From: Pyrobaculum sp.
GTDB taxonomy: Archaea; Thermoproteota; Thermoprotei; Thermoproteales; Thermoproteaceae
Assembly (NCBI GenBank): GCA_046293555.1
Contig: JBKBOT010000015.1
Span: 261-36,775 of the forward strand
Length of the DNA: 36,515 bases
Reading direction: 5' to 3'
Under the pieces are notes generated by a model. It saw only the letters and a list, made by a program, of their open reading frames with translations. It made no database searches and was not told the DNA's origin. Position numbers and translations under genes: made by a program. Below, piece by piece: positions 30,873-36,515 of this stretch (the first letter of the stretch is position 1; each line of letters starts with the position of its first letter).

Positions 30873-31294
30873 TTGTAGTCACTTCTGCCAACTTGGAGAA
30901 ACTCATCTGGCAGATCAGAGCCGTGGCGCCACAGCTTGAAGCCACGCCGCTTCTGTTAGCCCGCCGCCAGGTGGGGAGCTATACAATCGGTCTGGGGACC
31001 TTGGGCTATCTCTACACGGCCCTCAACTCGGTGCTAGAAACAATCGTAGAGGCGGGCAAGATGGCTAAAGACCTGGGGATCTCTAGCTACACCCTGGTGA
31101 TCGGCCCGGAGTCTAGCTACATAACCACTACCCCCCTCCCGGAGGTGATACCCCCACTGCCGCAAGCCAGAGAGGCGGCCCCACCGCCTAGAGAGATAGC
31201 TCAGCTAAACACCTTCGGCTGCCCCGACTTGACGCCAGGCGTGGTGAAGTTCTGTATAGGCGACGTGGAGATAGCCTACTACCTGTCTAAATGA
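30869..31294 (+). CDS. Hypothetical protein (141 aa)
   Basis: ATGA-coupled on both sides; no recognised motif. Confidence 0.75.
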   Translation: MIVVTSANLEKLIWQIRAVAPQLEATPLLLARRQVGSYTIGLGTLGYLYTALNSVLETIVEAGKMAKDLGISSYTLVIGPESSYITTTPLPEVIPPLPQAREAAPPPREIAQLNTFGCPDLTPGVVKFCIGDVEIAYYLSK

Positions 31295-31620
31295 TCTTCC
31301 TCTCTCTTTCGGAGCTAGAAGGCCTACTGACGGCATTGCTAGAATACGCACAGCGATATAGGGCAAACAAAGAGGTTTTGGCCACAGTGGAGGAGCGGTG
31401 GCTTAAATTTCAGGAGCTGGCCTTTGCCTTTGGCGTAGAGTTAAAACCCGCAGAGGGGGTGGAGTTTTACGCCGGCGGCCTCCTTCCGGACAATACTGAC
31501 TTCATGAAGAAGGTAGACCGCATGTTGGCCACCATAAGGAAGTTAAAAGAAGTATATGGGGATATAAAGGTGTTTATTGACGTAGATCTAAATATCAAAA
31601 AGGTGTCTATAAAAATTTAA
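31291..31620 (+). CDS. Hypothetical protein (109 aa)
   Basis: ATGA-coupled to the upstream gene; amphipathic helices; no recognised motif. Confidence 0.75.
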   Translation: MIFLSLSELEGLLTALLEYAQRYRANKEVLATVEERWLKFQELAFAFGVELKPAEGVEFYAGGLLPDNTDFMKKVDRMLATIRKLKEVYGDIKVFIDVDLNIKKVSIKI

Positions 31621-31642
31621 ATATTTTTAAAAAGTGTAAGTC

Positions 31643-32059
31643 ATGCCATTGGCTAGAAGACGGGAACTCCCCCTACGGGTTTCAGACGTCATGGTGAAAA
31701 ATGTGGTCACAGTGACGAAAGACGACAGGATTAAAGACATTGCGGCCAAAATGTATGAAAATAAGGTCGGCAGCGTGGTTGTAGTAAATGAGGAAGGCAG
31801 GCCAGTGGGGATAATCACGGAGAGGGACATGGTCTACGCCTGCGCCCGGTCGTTAACTCCAGACACCCCCGCATGGATGGTAATGACAGAAAACCCCATC
31901 GCCGTAAATGAAAACGAGCTAATCACGGCGGCTATAGAAAAGATGAGAAATCTAGACGTGAGACATCTCCCCGTGGTGGATGCAGGTGGGAAGCTTGTGG
32001 GGATAATCTCCTTTAGAGATATTGTAGACGTGGTGGCGTTGTTGCTTACACTTAAATGA
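31643..32059 (+). CDS. Tandem CBS-domain protein
   Basis: VSDVMVKNVVTV...VGSVVVV...GIITERD; VMTENPIAV...VRHLPVVD...GIISFRD. Confidence 0.93.
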   Translation: MPLARRRELPLRVSDVMVKNVVTVTKDDRIKDIAAKMYENKVGSVVVVNEEGRPVGIITERDMVYACARSLTPDTPAWMVMTENPIAVNENELITAAIEKMRNLDVRHLPVVDAGGKLVGIISFRDIVDVVALLLTLK

Positions 32060-32571
32060 GGTATCTCCTAATAGCAGAAAATCCAGGCTATACGCCAGCC
32101 CACAGGCCACACCTTTTGAAAAACCTCAGAGCCTTACTCCCGGTAATCACCTTAAGGATAGCCACAAGTCACGTCGAGATAGACATAAAGACGGACAACC
32201 TCCAGGCGGCCGTAGAGACGGTAGAGAAGGCAGTGGGGAAGGTGTTAAAGGTCGTAGATATAACCTTCGAGGAGGCTGGAGGCGGCGTGGAGAGATACGT
32301 CCAGCTGTTTAACCAGGAGAGGTTTTGGGAGGCACATGTGGCTTTAGAAGGCCCCTGGCGATCCACAAGAGACCCAACCCTGCAGGGCCTCATAATGCTA
32401 GCCGCCGCGTTTGTGAAGCTCCAGGAGGGAAACGTGGAGAGATTTGAGACCCTCCTAAAGGAGGCAATTGAGCTAATTGAAAAAGACGTGGGGTGTGTAG
32501 ACAGGGAGAGGGCTAGAGAAATGGCGTCGAGAGCCCTACTTGAGAAAAAGCCATTTAAGATATGTCTCTAA
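32056..32571 (+). CDS. DUF309-domain protein
   Basis: LFNQERFWEAHVALEGPW...LQGLIMLAAAFVK, preceded by a small N-terminal domain. Confidence 0.82.
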   Translation: MRYLLIAENPGYTPAHRPHLLKNLRALLPVITLRIATSHVEIDIKTDNLQAAVETVEKAVGKVLKVVDITFEEAGGGVERYVQLFNQERFWEAHVALEGPWRSTRDPTLQGLIMLAAAFVKLQEGNVERFETLLKEAIELIEKDVGCVDRERAREMASRALLEKKPFKICL

Positions 32572-33307
32572 CCTTCCGCACGAGGGCCGGCAGTATCTCC
32601 TCCACCCTCCCCCTTAGTATGTAATCTGCATATATGTCGTAATAGGTCTCCTCTGCGTTTATAATTACAAGCTTTGCCCCCCTCCTCTTTGCCGCCAACG
32701 GCAGCTGGTTGGCCGGGTAGACGGCTAGAGAGGTGCCGATAGCTAGAAACACCTCCGACACTTCTGCCAACATGAAGGCCTCTCTTAACGCATCTCTCGG
32801 CAGAGGCTCGCCGAAAAACACCACGTCTGGTTTCAACACGCCGCCACACTGCGGACATCTAGGCGCGCCTACAGTACGGCGCCTAAGCGCCTCTCTCAGC
32901 GGGTATCTACTCTCACAGTGGGTACACACCACCTCTCTCAACGCCCCATGTAGCTCAATGACGTTTCTACTCCCCGCCGCCTGGTGGAGCATATCCACAT
33001 TTTGTGTAATCACCACACATAGCTTGCCCATCCTCTCTAGTTCCGCCAGGGCGTAATGGGCCGGGTTTGGCTTGACGTCAAAAGTGGGCAAGAGGTACCG
33101 TACAAACAGGTCCCAAACCTCGTCGGGGTTTTTGTAGAAATATTCAATTTCAAACCTCTCGGGGTCTACCTGCCTCCAGACGCCCTGCGCCCCCCTGAAG
33201 TCTGGAATCCCACTCGCCGTGCTGACGCCGGCGCCGGTAAGCGCCACGTTACACCTAGATCTAGCTATAAGCGCCGCAATTGTGTCAACTGTGTGGCCCA
33301 CCTCCAC
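32555..33307 (-). CDS. cobB: NAD-dependent protein deacylase (Sir2 family)
   Basis: TGAGVSTASGIPDFRG, PNPAH, ITQNVDMLH, ELHG, CTHC...CPQC, KPDVVFFGE, IGTSLAVYPA. Confidence 0.95.
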   Translation of the reverse strand: MEVGHTVDTIAALIARSRCNVALTGAGVSTASGIPDFRGAQGVWRQVDPERFEIEYFYKNPDEVWDLFVRYLLPTFDVKPNPAHYALAELERMGKLCVVITQNVDMLHQAAGSRNVIELHGALREVVCTHCESRYPLREALRRRTVGAPRCPQCGGVLKPDVVFFGEPLPRDALREAFMLAEVSEVFLAIGTSLAVYPANQLPLAAKRRGAKLVIINAEETYYDIYADYILRGRVEEILPALVRKVRDIS

Positions 33308-33837
33308 GCCAGATAGAGCCAGTAGAAATATAAAAATCCCAACGTGACTATTGACAACACCACGTAGAAAGTGGCGGCGTGTGGTTTAAACACCCTCACC
33401 CCGGCGGCCAGCTGGATGAGGTAAAGATCTCTGTTAAACACCTCAATGAGGTAAACCATGGCCACAAGGCCCACTACGGCTAGAGCCACAAGTCCCATAG
33501 ACAACACGGCAAGTCCCGCCACTTCCATCACATCCACCTCGGCGTTGCCAAAACGTGGTATTTCGGCAAGTAGGAAGTAGCCCAGAAGCGTCGCGCCCAC
33601 GGAGCTTAAGACATATAACATAATTGCGGCCGGGTACTCTGCCCCAATCCAGATGTCAGCTAGCTTCTCCCAGTAGCTCTCTTTAAGCGTCTTGACGCTA
33701 TGGAAAAGCTTGGTTAAAACCATGCCTATAGTCACGGCGGAGGTGATGCCAAATATGGCAGAAGCCAGCTGCAAGTTTAGAAAACCTGCGGCAAGAGACA
33801 ATATGTAAAACAGCAGGGCGAGGTATATATAGACCAT
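33265..33837 (-). CDS. Polytopic membrane protein of unknown function
   Basis: About five hydrophobic segments; C-terminal LSIVTLGFLYFYWLY pattern resembles DUF4234-type proteins. Confidence 0.75.
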   Translation of the reverse strand: MVYIYLALLFYILSLAAGFLNLQLASAIFGITSAVTIGMVLTKLFHSVKTLKESYWEKLADIWIGAEYPAAIMLYVLSSVGATLLGYFLLAEIPRFGNAEVDVMEVAGLAVLSMGLVALAVVGLVAMVYLIEVFNRDLYLIQLAAGVRVFKPHAATFYVVLSIVTLGFLYFYWLYLAWRWATQLTQLRRL

Positions 33838-33865
33838 GTGGGAAAAATGGCCGTGTTATTTATAG

Positions 33866-33914
33866 ATGACGAGGATAAACCCACCGGATGTGTGAAGAGG
33901 TCGTTGCTCGCCGA
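33866..33914 (+). ncRNA. Candidate C/D box methylation-guide sRNA
   Basis: ATGACGA (C) + 12-nt guide GGATAAACCCAC + CGGA (D') + TGT + GTGAAGA (C') + 12-nt guide GGTCGTTGCTCG + CCGA (D); intergenic, ends exactly at the ancestral stop of the convergent pseudogene. Confidence 0.68.
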
Positions 33915-34674
33915 CTATGAAGAAAGCCATTTCTCATTATAATACGTTCTAACTCCCCCAACTGCAACATGTCGTATAGGACTCTATCTACAGCCAGCTT
34001 TAAGTTGTAGGCACATAACGGCATGGCTATGGCGCTGTAGCGAGGCACTACGGTGAAAGCCGCCCTGAGTTCTGGATGTCGGCTGGAGATAACGCGGCCC
34101 ACCACCTCCCCCACCACAATGGCGTCAAGATCGCCCTTCTTTAACGCCTCGACCTGGATATACCCTGTCAAAACTCACGATTTTTGAGTAGTTGCCGAGA
34201 GTTTTTACAGCCCACTCCTCCTGCACCGTGCCTAGCTGTACCCCAATAGTTTTTCCTCTTAGATCCTCCACGGCCCTTATCTGCGCCGCGCCGGCGGTTA
34301 TCACCACCGAGGGGTTTACCTGATAGGGGATGGAGAAGAGGACTTGTGTCTCTCCGGCGTGATGGACATCTCGGCGATGGCGAGACCCACATCGCCTCTC
34401 TTGACAGCGTCGATCAACCCGGCGAATTTCATATCTCTAATCTCTAGCCTCACGCCGAGACTGTCGGCTATTTTCCGCACAATGTCTATCTGGCCGTTTT
34501 CAATATACCCATAGGGCGGCCAGTCGGCTGAAGTCCCCACAACCAACACGCCCCACATCTAGCGAGGTGGGGCAAGCCTGCATCTTTTGTGTTGGCGTCG
34601 TGGAAAAACTCCCGACGAGAAGGGCTAGGCCTACCACAAGTCCCAGCACGATGCCCAAAAACGTTTTATGCCAC
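33915..34674 (-). pseudogene. Frameshifted polar amino-acid ABC transporter substrate-binding protein
   Basis: Pieces in different frames: TM leader HKTFLGIVLGLVVGLALLVG / VLVVGTSADWPPY...DMKFAGLIDAVKRGDVGLAIAEMSITPER / EDLRGKTIGVQLGTVQEEW / EALKKGDLDAIVV...DMLQLGELERII / EKWLSS*. About five frame breaks, and the usual GFDID segment is deleted. Confidence 0.87.
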
Positions 34675-34695
34675 CTCGTTTTCTGGAAGCTATAA

Positions 34696-34744
34696 ATGTT
34701 GAGGCTCGGTCGGCTCGAGCGGTGAAGAGGCTAGACGACGCTGA
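34696..34744 (+). ncRNA. Candidate C/D box methylation-guide sRNA (probable tRNA target)
   Basis: ATGTTGA (C) + 12-nt GGCTCGGTCGGC + TCGA (D') + GCG + GTGAAGA (C') + 12-nt GGCTAGACGACG + CTGA (D); AAAAACGTTTTAT promoter-like motif ~30 nt upstream. Confidence 0.75.
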
Positions 34745-34772
34745 CAGTTGTTACACATCAAGATACTTCCCG

Positions 34773-34890
34773 TGGCGAGAAGTCCAAGCCATCAAGTTCC
34801 AGTCCCCTAGACGTATGTCAAGACGACGAGGTGGGCGCTGGAGAGAGGATGCCGGGCGGTGAGCTTTTAGAGGTTACGGCCGAGTTGACA
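34773..34890 (+). pseudogene. Possible degraded TusA/SirA-family sulfur-carrier fragment
   Basis: Across frameshifts: REVQAIKFQSP / TYVKTTRWALE / RMPGGELLEVTAE, resembling the TusA pattern CP-x-x-x-V-K-T-x-x-ALE-x-M-x-x-GE-x-LEV; the catalytic Cys position reads Ser. Confidence 0.4.
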
Positions 34891-35379
34891 CCCCGCCATA
34901 TGACATTGGACGCCCCACCTTGGGGGGTTGTGGCCTTCTGTGTGATTGTCGCATGTAATGAAATCTCCGAAGGCGCCTCTATGAAATAACAGCCGCGTCT
35001 GTCCACGATGCCAAAAAGACAGCCCCCTCCATGGCCCGCCCCCATGGGGGGTCTCGTGTCTTTGCGCCTCTATGCCGCCTTCCTTCTCCTATTGGCGTAT
35101 GTTAACACCGCCTTGTCTAGGGGCGACCTATATGCGTGTCTAAGGGCGAAATTTCTGGCTTGGTGGGTTCTCGCCTCTTGCCCCCTGTGGCGATGTGATG
35201 TTGGCGGGGTTTCACCATGGCGAAAACGTCTGGGGTTTTCTAGGCTGACGGCAGGGGGGCCTGCGGGGGGCCACACACGTCTGCTGTCTGCGGCTTTCTG
35301 TATTTGTGAGGCCCAGCAGTCCTGGCCGGTTTTTCACACAGCGGGTTAACATATATATATACATACGCAGTTTTTATCT

Positions 35380-35694
35380 GTGAGGTTGTGCCAGGTTTTG
35401 GCCATGTATCTAGTGGAGGTGGTAGCTGGGGCTAGGGGCAATGTGGTGAGTTTTGTGGTTGGCGATGTGGCCAAATGGGCTGAGGCCAAGATGAGGCCCA
35501 CTAGGTCTATGGTGTTTAAAATTGTCCACATGTGTGAAGCTTTGCTCAAGGCGGGCTATTTGACCAAAATGGGGAAGAAGTACATATTGAGTAAAAACAC
35601 ACAGCTGTGGGAAAAAGCCAGGCTGAGAGATGTGGAGGGCATCTGTGAGATTATTGAAGGCGTTTTGGTTAGCTACTCTAAGGTAGTTAAATAG
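35380..35694 (+). CDS. Hypothetical protein, putative winged helix-turn-helix DNA-binding fold
   Basis: Helical pattern followed by LLKAGYLTKMGKKYIL wing-like hairpin; ATATATATAT TATA-like tract ~25 nt upstream. Confidence 0.65.
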   Translation: MRLCQVLAMYLVEVVAGARGNVVSFVVGDVAKWAEAKMRPTRSMVFKIVHMCEALLKAGYLTKMGKKYILSKNTQLWEKARLRDVEGICEIIEGVLVSYSKVVK

Positions 35695-35722
35695 TTATAT
35701 ATAAACTGTTTAAACGACTTGT

Positions 35723-35932
35723 ATGAGATTTGCACTGGGCATTTTGATAAACGCCGTGGCGTTTATATTAATGGGACTTGGCATACCTCTAGCCGCAATT
35801 GTGGCGTATGTGGCTAGTCTCGTCTTGTTGTTAACGCCTCGAAGAAAGCCGGCGAGAAGAGAGGTGGAGGTCAAGAGGGAGGTCACCCCGGAGGAGGTCA
35901 AAAAACGGCCGGCGGCAGTTCCCGAGATATGA
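35723..35932 (+). CDS. Small membrane protein (two N-terminal TM helices, charged tail)
   Basis: Hydrophobic first 36 aa then an R/K/E-rich tail; TTATATATAAA at 35695; ATGA-coupled to the ATPase. Confidence 0.72.
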   Translation: MRFALGILINAVAFILMGLGIPLAAIVAYVASLVLLLTPRRKPARREVEVKREVTPEEVKKRPAAVPEI

Positions 35933-36515
35933 AAAAAGTTCTATTTCTCTCCGGGACGAAGGGGGGTACTGGCAGGACCACACTTCTTCTAAACTCCGCA
36001 GTTTTGTTGGCCTACCTCTGGCGCAACTCGGCTACATACCCCGTGGTGGTTATTGACTTAACTCCAAACGCCGGGACGGCGTCGATAATTCTCTTCGGGG
36101 ATCCTGCCGCCATTGAGGGGCGGCTCACGCTTTCTGACTTTTTTTCTGGAAAGCTTATGGACCCCATCGCGGCTTTCTATTTGAGGAAATGGACTACAGA
36201 AAGGGGCGACTTCCAGCTGGTATTCTCGCTGTTGTCTCAAGACATCCCCATATCTAAGAGGCGGCTTGAATACGTGCTACAGATTGTGGAGACCCGGCTG
36301 AAGCCCAAGGCGCTGTTTATAGACACCCCCCCGCTCTCTGCCACACGCCCGGTGGTGGGGCTTGTGGACTACGTGGTGCCCGTAGTGACGCCCGACGTCT
36401 CCGCCGTCGAGGCGACAAGGAGCTACCTAGAGGTGGTGGGGGGCAAGAGGCTTAGGCCTGTGTTAAATATGTACATCCCCGAGTTTGCCGCCAGCGTGAC
36501 TCACTCAGCCCCTTG
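35929..36515 (+). CDS. ParA/MinD-family ATPase (3' end outside window)
   Basis: Manual translation: MKKVLFLSGTKGGTGRTT (deviant Walker A), VVVIDL, LFIDTPP (Walker B), VVPVVTPDVSAV, PVLNM. Absent from the ORF track because it is open at the edge. Confidence 0.85.
   Translation, partial: MKKVLFLSGTKGGTGRTTLLLNSAVLLAYLWRNSATYPVVVIDLTPNAGTASIILFGDPAAIEGRLTLSDFFSGKLMDPIAAFYLRKWTTERGDFQLVFSLLSQDIPISKRRLEYVLQIVETRLKPKALFIDTPPLSATRPVVGLVDYVVPVVTPDVSAVEATRSYLEVVGGKRLRPVLNMYIPEFAASVTHSAP

Noticed and set aside
8566-33307. HerA plus Sir2 as a Sir2-HerA anti-phage system
   Set aside because: The genes are over 22 kb apart, and the Sir2 protein is a canonical Zn-binding CobB-type deacylase, not a defence NADase.
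33917-33939. Third C-like box (ATGAAGA) 25 nt after C', suggesting a three-guide sRNA
   Set aside because: No D-like box follows (ATTA), and the sequence is explained as the antisense of the pseudogene's final Ser-Ser-stop codons.
34668-35349. ORF-track calls 34668-34862, 34818-35045, 35008-35349 and 35070-35276
   Set aside because: Atypical composition, mutual overlap, no motifs; the first overlies the candidate sRNA.
1-36515. CRISPR arrays, tRNA/rRNA genes, transposases, integrases, inteins
   Set aside because: No spaced direct repeats, cloverleaf or T-loop signatures, or mobile-element motifs seen by eye; protein lengths leave no room for inteins.

Overview
Gene-dense chromosomal window from a hyperthermophilic crenarchaeon. 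The EF-1alpha, AsnRS, GatE and L34e sequences, the frequent GTG starts and TATA boxes ~25 nt before start codons point to Pyrobaculum or a close Thermoproteales relative. Positions 1-30.5 kb are housekeeping. They cover RNA processing and translation (RNase Z, RsmA, GatE, Nop5, fibrillarin, Cmk, L34e, EF-1alpha, Dph2, Sua5, AsnRS, GluRS), DNA metabolism (HerA-family ATPase, type IA topoisomerase, XPD), NAD salvage, a geranylgeranyl reductase, PRPP synthetase, an HDAC-family deacetylase and the archaeal riboflavin cluster (GCH III, ArfB, RibD-type reductase, RibB). Signals the ORF track does not explain: (i) two copies of an 18-bp TGTAAAC-N4-(G/T)TTTACA palindrome at matching positions upstream of the riboflavin promoters; (ii) two well-formed C/D-box guide sRNA candidates (33866-33914, 34696-34744) bracketing a multiply frameshifted ABC substrate-binding pseudogene, one with a guide matching a tRNA 5' arm; (iii) a four-gene ATGA-coupled operon of small unknown proteins (30562-31620); (iv) a wHTH-like gene, a small membrane protein and a ParA/MinD-like ATPase with a Walker A Lys-to-Arg change at the right edge; (v) two small ORFs below the ORF-track cutoff. 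No tRNA, rRNA, CRISPR array or intact mobile element was seen. All family calls are from motif recognition by eye, not database searches.
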